A stretch of DNA of 64,000 nt, taken from the NCBI GenBank assembly GCA_052327205.1, contig CM126212.1:167896001-167960000 (forward strand), in the 5' to 3' direction. This DNA is from Somniosus microcephalus. Taxonomy: Eukaryota. The translations under genes were made by a program, and so were the position numbers. Below the pieces are notes generated by a model, which worked only from the letters and a program-made list of their open reading frames with translations, was not told the DNA's origin and did no database searches. Shown here piece after piece: positions 24,810 through 38,257 of the stretch; within the stretch, counting starts at the first letter, position 1; each line of letters starts with the position of its first letter.

Positions 24810-24846
24810 AGTTAACGTTTCAGGTCAATGACCTTTCGTCAGAACT
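24810..24846 (-). ncRNA. Minimal type I hammerhead ribozyme motif (Penelope pLTR)
   Basis: Minus strand reads AGUU-CUGACGA-A-AGGUC(AUU)GACCU-GAAA-CGUU-AACU: intact core, stem II, palindromic stem III and stem I. Confidence 0.85.
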
Positions 24847-25406
24847 GGAAAAAAGCAGGAAATGGAACAGATTTTAAGCAAGTGAAGAGGCTGGGAAAGG
24901 GGGGAGGGGATGAAAGAACAAAAGGGAAGATCTGTGATAGGATGGAAGGTGGAAGAGATTAAGAGACATTAAGAGATTTTCAAGGCAAAAGGAGATGGTA
25001 ATGGAACAGGTTAAGAAACAAAGGATGGCTCTAGATGAAGTGTAAATTGTGCTGGCAGAATGAAAGACAGCTGCCATGTGGGGGAGAAGAAAAAAAGACA
25101 CAGACAAAAAGTGTGGATAAAAAATATATATATATATAGGATAGGGGCCGAGGTTATGATCTGAAATTGTTGAACTCTATGTTGAGTCCGAAAGGCTGTA
25201 AAGTGCCTAATCGAAAGGTGAGGTGCTGTTCCTCGAGCTTACACTGAGCTTCATTGGAACAGTACAAGAGGCCGAGGATGGTGAGGTCTGAGTGGGAGTG
25301 GAGCGGTGAATTAAAATGACAGGCGACCGGAAGCTCGGGGTCACCCTTACGGACTGAACGGAGGTGTTCCGCAAAGCGGTCACCCAATCTGCGTTTGGTT
25401 TCCCCG

Positions 25407-25796
25407 CCCCTCCACGACACCCTTGTCTACTCCGCTATCACCCCCAACACCCCTTCCCTTTCGCCTGGCACCTTCCCATGCAAGCGCAGGAGATGCAACA
25501 CATGCCCTTATACGTCACCCCTTCCCACTGTCCAGGGCCCCAAACACCCCTTCCAGGTGAAACAGCGATTTACTTGTACTTCTCGCAATTTAGTATACTG
25601 TATTCGCTGTTCACGATGTGGTCTCCTCTATATTGGGGAGACCAAACACAGATTGGGTGACCGGTTTGCAGAACACCTCCGTTCAGTCCATAAGGGGGAC
25701 CCTGAGCTTCTGGGCGCCTGTCACTTTAATTCACCGCTCCACTCCCACTCAGACCTCACCGTCCTCGGCCTCTTGCATTGTTTCACGGAAGTTTAG
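25407..25796 (+). pseudogene. Penelope GIY-YIG endonuclease C-terminal fragment
   Basis: CKRRRCNTC...FTCTSRNLVYCIRCSRCGLLYIGETKHRLGDRFAEH; premature stop; no RT. Confidence 0.9.
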
Positions 25797-26174
25797 CGTA
25801 AGCTCGAGGAACAGCACCTCATCTTTCGATTAGGCACTTTACAGCCTTCCGGATTCAACATAGAGTTCAACAATTTCAGATCATAACCTTGGCCCCTATC
25901 ATATATATATTTTTTTTTTTATCCACACTTTTTGTCTGTCTTTTTTTCTTCTCCCCCACATGGCAGCTGTCTTTCATTCTGCCAGCACAATTTACACTTC
26001 ATCTAGAGCCATCCTTTGTTTCTTAACCTGTTCCATTACCATCTCCTTTTGCCTTGAATATCTCTTAATGCCTTCCATCCTATCACAGACCTTCCCTTTT
26101 GTTCTTTCATCCCCTCCCCCCTTTCCCAGCTCCTGCACTTGCTTAAAAATCTGTTCCATTTCCTGCTTTTTTCC

Positions 26175-26211
26175 AGTTCTGATGAAAGGTCATCGACCTG
26201 AAATGTTAACT
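26175..26211 (+). ncRNA. Minimal hammerhead ribozyme motif (Penelope pLTR)
   Basis: AGUU-CUGAUGA-A-AGGUC(AUC)GACCU-GAAA-UGUU-AACU; C>T change in stem III. Confidence 0.8.
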
Positions 26212-26297
26212 CTGTTTCTCTCGTCACAGATGCTGCCTGACCTGCTGAGCTTCTCCAGCATTTTCTGTTTTTATTTGTAATCTCGCTATATCTCTAT

Positions 26298-26322
26298 ACA
26301 CACACACACACACACACAGACA
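26298..26322 (+). repeat. (CA)n microsatellite
   Basis: Run of ac units read directly. Confidence 0.9.
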
Positions 26323-26404
26323 CTTTAAACAGATGGAAAGTGAAAATGAAGAGCGGCCCGTCCTTATTATAAGTAAAGGTTTAATTATTTATCTACTCAG
26401 TCAG

Positions 26405-27114
26405 TATGGAAATTTGCCTGAAAGCAGTGAAACCAGTGCAAAAGATCCCAGAATTTCAAGTGCAAGTTATGTCCAGCACAAATTGAGTTTCCCCGATCTT
26501 TTGCGCTGGTTTCAAAAACTTTGCGCTAGAAGATGGCCCCACCCACAAAACTGGCCACGCCCCCAGATTGAATTAATCACCATTGCGAGTTTTCTCTAAT
26601 TGTGTTCGTTTGTGGGCCTTCGAGGATACTTGAAAAATTAAGATTTTTTAGGCGCAAGGACACTGATAGGCACGCTTTAAAAGCTTTTAAATATTTTTAA
26701 TTTACTAAGCAACTGACTATTGTACACCAATGCAAGTAGTAAATGAGTCTGTGTAGTTTTTTTTAAAGTCATTTTCAATTATTTAAAATCGCAGAACTCC
26801 CAGGTGGTGGACTAGACACAGTTTAAAAATGCCTATTTTTTATGATAAACCTGTTTTCAGCTGTATTAATTAGACTGCACCAAGTTACCACTTTTAAATA
26901 TATCAAGGAATACTTTATAAAACAATTTTTTTTTAAAGAACAATTACGTTCTAAAATGCTGCCCGATTGGTTCATGGCAGATTTTACGTTCGCCGATATG
27001 CAAATGAGTTTGAGCGGAAACTTGAGGGGGGAAAAAAATTCTCAGACGTAGCACAATTCTGGGCGCAATGTGTGCCCAGATTGCCGATTGCGCCCAAAGT
27101 GGAAACTCTACCCC
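26405..27114. mobile_element. Degenerate non-autonomous DNA transposon, probably Harbinger-like
   Basis: Right end GGAAACTCTACCCC resembles the TIRs of the other MITEs; GC-rich subterminal regions; left TIR not resolved. Confidence 0.4.
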
Positions 27115-30100
27115 AGTGAGTGCAGGCTAATAGTATAAAGTTTAAGAGATGCATCTCCTTTTTCTTAGTGCAGTGCTTGCTATTTTATAAAATCTCAACA
27201 AGTAATAAGACTTTGATCCCAGGCACTGATTGGAATTGACAGATAGCACTGAGGCTGCTTAAACGTACACTGCACCTTGCTTGAAAAAACTAAAGTTTTC
27301 ATAGTTTGTAGAAAAGCTTAGTGACTTGATTTTATTCAGCTTGCTCAATTGAGTTTCCACGTCCTTTCTTAGTTCCAGCTATTCAGAATTCCATTCTGTT
27401 CCACCCATACTTTTATAAAACAAGACTCAAAGTGAGCATTAAAATTCTAATTTTCATTTCTGAAATCCAAAATGGTATATCTCCTTTTTGAATTCTTCCT
27501 GTATATTGTACTCAATAAAAATGGGTAGAATGGAGCTGAGCTCAATGCGCGCGTAAAAAAAATCTGATTCAGCCAGTAGATGGCCTAGGTTCTTACAAAG
27601 AGAAGTCCGTAAGATGGATTTGTACGAACTGATTGGAAAAGGTCAGTAAGGAAAAGACAGCTTCCGTTGACAGTAATTATCGTCATAACAAACTCGAGGA
27701 AATCACAAAGCAAATAAGTTGCTGATTGAAAAAAATATTTTTGAGTGTTCCATGAAAAATTATGGAATAAATTTGCCTGTTAAACTGGTTTGCACATGAA
27801 GGGAATTTGCTGCCTTATTGAGGAGTGTCTCTGTTGTTTGTACTGCTATATCATGATTCAGCAGGAACTTTTTTCTCTCTCTTCAAGAATAGTTTGTAGA
27901 TTTGGATATGTTCTGCTGTGCCATGATGTCATTGCATTAGTCCGCCCCTCCCCGGTATATCACTGTGATAGGTTATTGTGTAAGATGCTGGTGCACAGCA
28001 TCCCTTTAATCCTTCATTATTTACTGCTTTGGAGTTTTTAAAAGATCTTTAAAATCTGTAAAGGATACTCGGGGAGTTTGTATTCATGAAAAATGGACCA
28101 TCAAGTCGCTCCATGGCACAGTCATCAGTTATGTCATCCAATGTGGTTTTTGCTCATTATAATATATGTGTGTGGATATAGGAGTTTTACTCATTTCTAA
28201 CAAATGATAAGTTCATTTGGGAACGTGATTCTTCAATCTGCTCCTCAGTGTGTGTTGCTTTGTTCTGGAGAAATGTCTAACTTTTTTTACCTCCATTGAA
28301 GCTGACCTTTTTTAACCACAATGGGAGAAATACTTACTGTTCCTTCAGTCTTTATAACTCCGTAGTCTCCAGGTGTGACAACTGAGAGGATTCCCAATTC
28401 GAACATACCATTCAAAGTGCCAGTTTGCCAACTCTCATTGGGAATTGTTTCCCAAACACACACGCTGAAAAATGTTTCCTACCTGGAACATTTTCACCAT
28501 TTAGCTATATAAACTGCAGGAATCAGAAGTGTTGCCTCAGCCGTGCTTTAACAAAAAATAAAGACAATGTTGCATGTTGAATTTCCTCTGAATAAGCTGA
28601 AGTACTGTGAGGGGCAGGACAGAGGTCTGTGTCAACAAATAACTTGTAAAAATGCATTATTCTTTCCTAATATAGCCACGGTCTCATAATATCAAAATTC
28701 TTAAACTAAACAAGGTATTGAAGGTATTGTTGCCCAGTTACTGACTGATGCGGGCCTTTGTTGCTGCGAGGTTTGTGGGTGATGGCAGCTGCTTGCTGTT
28801 CCAGTTGTGGCCAGTGGTATATGCTAACCACTACTAGAATAATTTGTGTATTGTTTGATATTGAATAAAACTGTATCATCCCTGTTGAAATGCATTAAGT
28901 GCCTTTGTCTGATATTCTTCCAGAAGGTTCAAAGAAGTGCAGCAGCCTGTTGATGGTTTTGTTTTTTCTATGTAATTCAGGCACCAGGGGGAGATCACTG
29001 GTTAGTATTTTAGATTGATGAACCTATCTGCAATTGAAAAAAATCACTGAAAACCAGGTTGTGGGCCGTTGGCAATTATAGAAATGTAATCACAAGCTAT
29101 TTTTTTAAAAGAGAGAAATTACTATACATAGAATTGCTGTAATAGCTTAGAGATTTGGCAGGAGGAGTTGCCTTTATTAACATTGACACGTAACCTGTTG
29201 GTTAAAGGCACTGTCGGTGTTTGCTTTCGAAATCCTCTTTCTCCGATGCATTGGTACATTAGTTATCACAAAATAAGATGAGTGCACTTTGTCAACATCA
29301 TCTTTGCCCTAGCAGAAAATTGTTTTATTGCAGCAAAAACCAGAGTAATCAAACTGCCAGTATAGTAAAATAAATTACACTGTCATGTGTGCCAATAACC
29401 ACGCTGGTTTGAAACAGGACTACAGTGCAAACCCATTTAATGCATTGTGGCAAATAATATCTTCAACCTTTTGAAAGTTTAGTGACATTTAATTAAGTGC
29501 ATATTCACATGAATAATGCTTTCTGCAACACAAGTGTGGCGAGTTGACTAAATGTCACTATTACATGGTTCAAAGAATCTGTTTTGTAATCTACACCAGA
29601 ATAAACATTTAAAAGCCTGCAAATGTAGAAAAACATATTTTTACATGTTAAATATGTGTTCAAATACTACTGCCTATATTAAAGCAGCTTTGACAAAACT
29701 GTTGTTTGGCAATTTTATTATAAAATAAGTAAAATTTTACATACGGTTTAAATGCCTTTTGTTACACCAAATGGTCTGTTTTCTGATGATTTTGGTGTGA
29801 TATATTAAACAGGATATAAAATATTTAAATTCAATTAATACAATAGCTATTGAAACATTTATGCATAAACATGTGGGCAACATAACAGGAACATGTACTG
29901 GTAGTGAGATTGATGTTCATGTCAAAATAAAGCAGGCTTGTGCTTTAACATAATGCTTTGACAATGAGAAACTACAGCAGCTATTAGGATTTTCTAATCC
30001 TAATCTCTGTTAGGGTATCCAGTTAAGAATAGTTGAAGACCTTGCTGCGTGTCCATGTGATTCATGTGCTAATTGTGTAGGTGCTTCGGGAAATGCGGTT

Positions 30101-32009
30101 GAGAAGCACTGTACTTCCTGATTAGTGCCAGTGAACAGACACACAGCGCACAGTGTATAGCAGTTAAGTGTCTGGTCCCAGCTGAGAAAATGGTTCCATT
30201 ATCTCCCAGCTGCATAGACAACCCATAAGGGCCTGCTATGCCTGGTTGATCAGTATAGTGGAGGCAGTGACTTGCTGTGAGGCTGAACCTCTATTTGTTG
30301 GAACAGAAAGTGGAAAGGAAACTGATGCTCCTTCCCATTTAGTTCGGTGAGTACATAGAAATATTTTTGTGGGAGTGCAGCTTCGTAATATGTGCTATTC
30401 TGTTTTGATACTTAATAGATGCAGCTTGCGATTGTGATGGAATCAGTTAAGTATGTGGTGTCTGTGTTTTATGAAAGGATTATTGTGTTTGTGTTAACTC
30501 AACAGCAGCAGTAAATACAAGCCTCAGTTACTGTAAATGCTCTCTATTTGCTGCAACTGTTAAATAATACTTCATGTACTATTGCTGTCTAAGAGGCATT
30601 TGATTTGCTCAGGATTTCTATTTCCCAAGTCTTTAGTGATAGATTCTTTTGTTGAGAGATATTGTAGATTTGAAGACAAAAAGATGAAGAGAAAATATTC
30701 TTTATGGCATTCATAGTTGTCACAGACAGGAATAGATCCAGGCAAGTGGGTAAAGGTATTTAGAGCTGCTCTTTGTTTCAGGAGTTGCCTGTGTGGTGCT
30801 GTTAAGCATCTTGCAACCTCCTAAAATCAAGATACCTCCAGTGGGATAATCTTTGAAAGGACAGGGATCTCCTCAAATTGCAAATGAATATTCAGAGCAT
30901 TTGCTTCCTAGACTGTTGTAATTAAAGTGGCTCGGTAATGGATCTAAGAGATGAAACATTTATGCAGCGTGAAATCTGAGAGATCTTATGTATAAAATAT
31001 TAGCAAAAGGTATGTATTTATCTCTCATTAATAGTTATTTTACTGACAACCCATTGAATCAGTAATTGCATGCAATACTTAGGTTAAAATGAAGCATTTC
31101 AGTATACAACTACAGATAACCAAGTTGTTTGCTTTCATTTGTAATCCCAGTGAAAGCTTCATTGTTAATGTGACAGTGCAGATTTAAAGCAGAACTGGTT
31201 ACCTTTCATTTAAGATGCTAACTTAAAGCAAGGACAAGCACCATTTAGCTGCTAAGAAATATGATTTTTTTTAAACTCTGAAGATAGACATTGAATTGTC
31301 CTGTTTAAATGCAAACACTTAAAATGAGGCGACCAATGGGCTTTTATCAACTGCAATAAGGATATAAATCTCTTTTTTTTTAAACCCACAAAACTCCAAA
31401 AGAGATATGGGTATCCTGTTTTAAGTTGATGGCAGAAAATATGTTCAAGCTTATAAAAATTATGGTAGTTGTTTAACACTGTGCCAAATTATAAAGTAGA
31501 TTAAAAATCCAGTTTTTAATAACAACGTTTAGTGAAGTAATTTACTGCTCATTTCTGACCTTGTATTGGTCAGTTGCTGTTTTGGACCCATCTAATTGTT
31601 GCAACAATTTACTGTGCTAGCAATATATTGCTGTGCTCAAACCCTGGCATCATAAATCTGAGATTGCTCAATTAAATGGATGGATGGATATATGTGTGTA
31701 TTTCTGGTTGTCTGGTTTTTCATTCTTTCTGTCGAAGTATATATATAATGTATATATGTGTGCATTTATTTATTTATCTATTGAAGTGTCAACTTTAGAA
31801 CACTTTGTTACTACTTGTGCATGAGAAACTGTAGATAGTGCCAAAGTTTTTTTTAAAAGACAGCTTTGTAACGGTTTTCTTAGCACATGCTGGCAGTCAC
31901 AAAGCAAATAGGACAAACCACTGAAAGTCATAAAGGCGTGGTGTTGACATCGTAATGTAACAAGCTTTTATGGTAAACACGCTGATGAATTCAGTGATGT
32001 GATTACATT

Positions 32010-33128
32010 GGCCCAGATTTTGCAGTAGGAATAACGGGGAGGCTTACAGCACTCACTGTTATTATGGAGTAAATCGGACAGTAACTTCTGGGGTCCGCAC
32101 ATGCACAGTTAAACGCGGAAATCAGGAAGTCAGTGTCTGAGTTACCCTGCTGCTCCACGAGCTTTGCTACACCCGTACCTCGCCGAAAGACTAGGCATTC
32201 AAACATATGAAGGGTGTGAAGTTGTACTTACCCACTGGATACCCACTAAACACACCAGAAAAAGTTAGGACTGGTGCATTCAAGTGTAAGCGTGAGAAGT
32301 CTTATTTACTGCCAAATAACCTCTTTGGCAATGAAAATTTACTTTGTGGAGTCTCATTCCTTCAGATTTTAATTATTGTTGGAGATTTAAAAATTTTTTT
32401 TAATGAATAATTAAAATTAATTTTTTTATTTAACTTTCTGGCCCCTTTTTATCTCTCTCTAAAAGCCATCTTTCTTTCCCTTTATTTCACTTCATATACA
32501 TGCTCCCTGCGATTGTGCCAATGGGGATATTGCCTTCCCCCCACCCTTCATGATCGTGACCCCCCTCCTTTGGCCTCTGATCTACCCCCCCCGCCCCTTC
32601 AGCTTCCGACCTAACCCCGCCCCTCTGGCTTCTGATCTCCGACTCCCCCTAACCCTTCCACCCTAGCCCCATCCTGCCCCCACCCTCCCACGGTTTCCGA
32701 TCGCTCCCTCCCTACTCTCCGCTCCCTGGCTGTAGCCTGATGACGAAGGCCTACCCACCCGACAGCCAGCCAGCCTCTTACACTGGCTGACTGCGGGCGG
32801 CAAACAGAGACAAAAAACGTTAATCAGGTCCTGCTGTTAAATTCGGCAAGACCTGACACAAAACCGCCCCACCCTCCCCGCAGCTACCCAGTAAATATCG
32901 GGGCCTGTGTGTCTCACTGAGGATTCATCAATCTGATTGGGTGAAGGGACAAGCTGTTGATTTCCCTGTTCACACAGTCCCTAGATCCCCTGGAGAGGGC
33001 GCTGTGCTGAAATGGATCTCTAATTATTGCAAGTTGCTGTGAAAAAGCCCACAAAAAGTCTTTGGGCAGCTGTAAGTGCAATGAACGGTGAGCGGCGTTC
33101 CTTCGCCGCTGACAGCAAAATCCGGGCC
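32010..33128. mobile_element. Harbinger-like MITE (~1.1 kb) with a nested fragment at ~32500-32905
   Basis: TIRs GGCCCAGATTTTGC / GCAAAATCCGGGCC (13/14) and flanks ATT/ACT. Internal C-rich segment ends in AAATATCGGGGCC. Confidence 0.7.
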
Positions 33129-33644
33129 ACTGTGTTACCTGAATTTGGTGCTACTCTTGTTCATTTTGAGCTTAGCATTAAAAACAGTTAATATAAGATA
33201 TATTTATTTATTTTCTTGCTAGATCTGTCTATCATTTTCTTTCCCCTTGCTCCCCCACCTGAAGTCACTGCCAGCTTAATGAGGTAATGTTCCTTAATTT
33301 CCCTCCAGTACGCTGGATCTTACTTATCTGGGAGCACTGACAGCGAATGTCAGCAGGCTATTCCACCATGGGATTTGGAGGGAGGGGATCTCAGCACCTT
33401 ATTCTATCCTCACCAAGTGTTCACACTTGTATTTCTAATAAAAGTCATTGGATAGTAATTGGGAGTGGGAACCCTGCATGATATTTCCTTGAAGGTGATG
33501 AGGCCAGTTGCAATGCTCCTACCAATCCCTGTCTGAGGTGACTGATTCAGCACAGTTTCGGAATTGAACCTAGGATTACTTGGCCTGCCACTCAGCAGGG
33601 AACCCCAATGTAAGATTTAAGGCAGCATTGCATAAGCACAAGAA

Positions 33645-34070
33645 GTCAGCTGTGGCTGAGTGGGTAGCACTCTTGCCGATGAGTCAGAAGGTTGTGGGTT
33701 CAAGTCCCACTCCAGAGACTTTAGCACATAATCTAGGCTGACACTCCCAGTACAGTTCTAAGGGAGTGCTGCACTGTCAAATGTGCCATCTTTCGGATGA
33801 GACAAACTGTAGCCCCTGGGTGGACTTAAAAGATTCCACAACACTATTCAAAGAAGGATAGGGCAGTTCTCCCAGGTGGCCTGGCCAACATTTATCACAA
33901 AGACAGATTATCTGGCCATTAATGCATCTGGTTATTGTTATTGCAAATTAACTGCCACATTTCCTACATTACAACAGTGACTACACTTCAAAAGTACTTC
34001 ATTAACTGTAAAGTGCTTTGAGTCATCCTGAGGTTTTGCAAGGTGCTATATAAATGCAAGTTCTTTCTTT
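33645..34070 (+). mobile_element. tRNA-derived SINE (DeuSINE/SacSINE1-like)
   Basis: A box TGGCTGAGTGG, B box GGTTCAAGTCC, L2-type tail ctatataaatgcaagttcttt; paralog at 41062-41515. Confidence 0.8.
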
Positions 34071-36938
34071 CATATAATATTGTCTCTTATGCAAACTTGG
34101 CATGGTCCTGCAGTTGAAATCTTGGAACATGCTGTTCCAGGAAATAAGCGAGCTCCATAATGTAATTACATCATTTCTTTTAATCGTAACTTGCCCATTC
34201 CTTAGCCCATGAAGAAAAATACTGGAAGGTTTATACCTATAGTCACAGGCTCTGTGTCTGTCCGCTGTGGAATTCTAAAACTCCCTGGCTTAAGTGAACC
34301 ATTCCTTAGAGGAATTTGTAACCCCCCCTTCCCCACCCCCCAATCACAGATCGAATGGTTACCATTTGTGCCATTGACTGGATTTCCTGAGGAATTATGA
34401 TTCCTCTCCCTCAAGCTAATGGTTACTTAACAAAGGTGTGTAAGAAGTAGACGGGTAATTCTAACATTTCCAACTTCTCATGCTGTTACAAGACAGCTTC
34501 CTCTAAAAACTAGGGAATCAACCATTTCCTCGGAAAAAAAAAGCTAGGGAATCAACCATTTCCTCACAATAATTAACTGACAATGATGAGAATGTGATCA
34601 TCAGACTAAACAAATGCTGTTGAAAAGCAAACCAAATTAATTGGGGAAGAAACAGCAAATCTAGACTAAAAGACTGGATAATATGCAAATTTCCCCCAGT
34701 CCATCCCAATTGTTCAAGCAGTGTTCTGGGGAAAGTAAATGAACATGCTGCAAGCATTTCAGTTGATTTTTAAAAATACACAAAAATCTGAGCTTTGGAA
34801 CAGCCTAATTAATTTGTTTGCATGAAATAGCAACTTAATTGGCTACATGCCAGTTCATGCAATAGAACAATTTAATACACAAAATAAAATGTACCAAATT
34901 ACTAATTTCAAATCGAGCTTATCAAATGGGTTGGCAAAATTTGTGTAAGTAACAAATTGGGTTAACTTTTCATCTTCAATGTTGGACAATTGTACACATT
35001 CAAATGACTTACACCTATTCATGAGGCCGTTCTCCTTTTGGTGCTGATATACCCCAAGTTTACGTGGGCGTTCCAATAGATAAGATACATTTAGTAAATA
35101 GAGGCATCTTTTAGATATTTAGCAGTTTACTTAGTTGAATAACAATGATAGAAAATTCTGGAGAATCTTATTGCCGATATTGCAAACTTTTGATAAAGCA
35201 GAATGAGTGGCTGAGCCACGTAGCAGATAGGTGACTAAATTTGCATTGCAAAGGTCCTTGGTTCGTGTCCCAGTGATGGTGGCATTCTAACTTTTCAACC
35301 TATATGTGTGATGAGTTTCATCAGCTCTCAGTCGGGTCATTTGGTGGGGCCAGCCTCTGGAAAACGGTCTTTCTTAGTTGATGGACATAGTGAAGATGCC
35401 ATGAAAACCCAGAGAGAGATCATAGCTTGTACTGTATGTTTGTCTCCAAAATGACAGACAACATCTTGATGAAGGCTTGAGAAAGGGGAAGCAGTAAAGT
35501 GGGGAAGCAAGAAGAGAATTAATAAATCAACTGGAATTATTTTCAGTGATTTAAAACTCTAAACAATCTGTTGTCAGTCTCTGTGCAAGAGTCAGTATGT
35601 CATTTGTTTGGAGTAAAGTTGATACCCGTAAGCTGTGGGCATTTAAAAAAAAAGTTCATTTATTGTTTCAATATATGTAGCATTTTTATTGTTGCTTGAT
35701 TCAAATAATAAAAGGTAAATTATCAGGAATATGTGAATTAGCATTCCCCATTTGATGGCCTGTGGTATAGGTGTTAGAATATACTTTATTAGCAGCAAAA
35801 GGCAAGCTGGGGATCTGTGTGAAATTGGTCGATCATGAATGTTCCTCAAGCAAAAGAGACAATCCACAGAGCATGTTATAGTAGACCATTGAACATGGTG
35901 CAAGTTATTGTGGTTGAACATTGTACTGTAGATGCTGGGGGTAGACCACTAAACCCCAATGTAATGCACAGTGTATAGACTGTTGAGCCTACATCAAGCC
36001 AGGGAACGTTGATTTTTTTTCTCTTTTAATGCCCTGTTTATATTGCAGAACCACATCTGTTTACATCGCATACACAGTTGTTTGAAAGCTATGATTGCAA
36101 TTTTAATGTTCTAGCTGAGGAACTTTCACACAGATCAGCAACATGAAACAGCATCCCTTTCTCAAACAGCAACCAAAATAATAACTGAGCCTATGTATGC
36201 CCAGCACCGTTGGTGGCAGTCATTTAGTCCTAGGGAGTGAGATTTATTGCTCTTATGTACTTTTTTACGTATATATCTGCAATTTTCATGATTTTTTTAC
36301 AGTACTCATTGGTAAAGGGAGCTGAACTGTGTACTCTTATGAAAGCGATGCTAATTATGGATGGCCCCTTACAACTGGTTAATTATTAAGGGTGGTTAAT
36401 GGACCTATAGACCATTAAGGTGAATCAGATACTCCTTGCAATATACAGATGTTAAGTGCTTCATTCTCTATGAAAAACAGACTCTGCATTTGTAGCACAT
36501 TAACATATAAGTGTTCCTCTACATACAATATATGTGTTACAGTAACACGTGAACTTAATGTCGAACAGGGACAGTAAAATCTCAGTAAGAGAAACCAAAC
36601 AAAATTGTATTTTATTCAACAAACATCAGTGTTTCGACTCTATCCAAATGCACAGTATGAGATGCTAAGCTTATTGGCTTTCCCTTAATGGTTTAACTTT
36701 AAGGTAGCAACAGCAGAAGCTACTTGTAAGATCCCTGTCTCTGTATTGGATAAAAAATGATTAAATCTTTAAAGAATATATATTGAGGACTGGATTTGGC
36801 TTTTTCATAAATACTACTCCCTTGCCACGGAATCCATTCTCCCTTGCCACCACCAATCTCCCGCTACTTTCTTGGGCTGAAGCAGTCCATTTGCAACATC
36901 CATGTCCTCTTTGACTGGAGCCGAGCTTTAAACTCCAC

Positions 36939-37562
36939 GGGGTAAAAATGGGGGGGAGCACCACAGCGCCCCCATGGCCGATTTTCCCAGGTAGCGCCCC
37001 GAGAGGGAGGAGGGGTGCTACTGGAAGCGCCTCGCGTCCCTCTTGGGGCGCTACGAGCTAATATCACGGTACTACGGGCGCTGCGGCACGTCGCGCTGTG
37101 GTACTGCAGGCCTTCCTCCCCTTATTAAAGGGGAGGGGCCTGGCGCAGCGTGTCCCGGTGCCCAGCTGGACCACCAGGGATCAGAAGTGCTGGCAAAGGA
37201 GCCCGCACTCACGTAGAGCAGCCAGCACACCGCGGGGGGGCTTCACGGAGGCCGGGGACAGCAGAGGGAGCAGTTGCTGGCAGGCAGCCAGCAACAAAAA
37301 TGGCCGCCCGCCACCTCCCCTTTAACTAGTGCCGCCCCGGCTGCAGATAGGCCCCCCCTGACCCCGGCGGACATAGCGTCCGGCGGTAAGTCGGGGGGCA
37401 CCACCCAATATTACAGCTGGGGTGCGAGCGGGGCACTGCACACGGTGATGACGTCATCGCTGGTGGCGCGGTGCTAACGGTTAGCGCCGCCGCTAACCTC
37501 CCGTTGAATTTCCCAGGCGCTAGTTGCTTTGTGCCCACGGAAGGTGCAAATCAACCGAATTT
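36939..37562. mobile_element. GC-rich MITE family member with a damaged right end
   Basis: Starts GGGGTAAAAATGGG; contains GATGACGTCATC and the tactgcaggccttcctcccct motif; opposite orientation to 38258-38930. Confidence 0.7.
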
Positions 37563-38257
37563 AGTGTTATCCATCACCAAGACCACTTAGTTACATCTCC
37601 ACAGCCCTTCTGCCACTGTAACCCTCATGTACTTTGTCTTCTCCAGACTCAATTATTCCAAAGTTTTCCTTGCTAGCCGCCCATTCCTGCATGTTGCATA
37701 ACTTCAACTTATCCAGAACTATGCTGCTGGTGTCCAGCTCACCCATTAACCCCATCCTCTCTGACCAACCTTGGCTCCCCATCTCTCTGAATTTAAAATC
37801 CTCATCTTGTCTAGAAATAACTGTGTGCCTTCAGCTCATCATATTCTTGCAGCTCCGTCAGCCCAATATCCCCTTCTGTGCAATCCCATCACTCCCTTTG
37901 CCCCAACATTGGTGCTATTTTCTGGAGCCCCCTTCCTAAATTTCTCCACCTTTTTTAAGTAAAAAAATCTTTTTGTTCCCTCCCAATGCCTAAAGTTGTT
38001 CTCCCCAAAGCAGCAGCACCAGAATTCTGCCCTCTTCCCTTTGCTTTTCATTGCTGCCATTTTCTCTCCTTCATTTCCTCCCTTCCCTTCACCTTCAATT
38101 CTCCATTGAGGGGAGAGGTTGATCTGCATGATCCTTGTCTGCTGGATTGAACCCTGTCTACATTTGATGCTTGTATGTATAGTACATACTGTTTTTATAC
38201 CAGTTCTATTTTTAGTAGATTTGTGCTCCGTTTTAGTAGTAATTTGACTGATTTAAA

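Larger units (their letters stand above)
24711..26276. mobile_element. Penelope-like element remnant with 5' inversion (large inverted repeat)
   Basis: Arms 24745-25405 and 25635-26276 are reverse complements; GIY-YIG endonuclease peptide; a hammerhead motif in each arm. Confidence 0.92.

Noticed and set aside
33645-33720. tRNA gene (A and B boxes; also at 41062)
   Set aside because: No cloverleaf; the sequence continues into a SINE body present in several copies.
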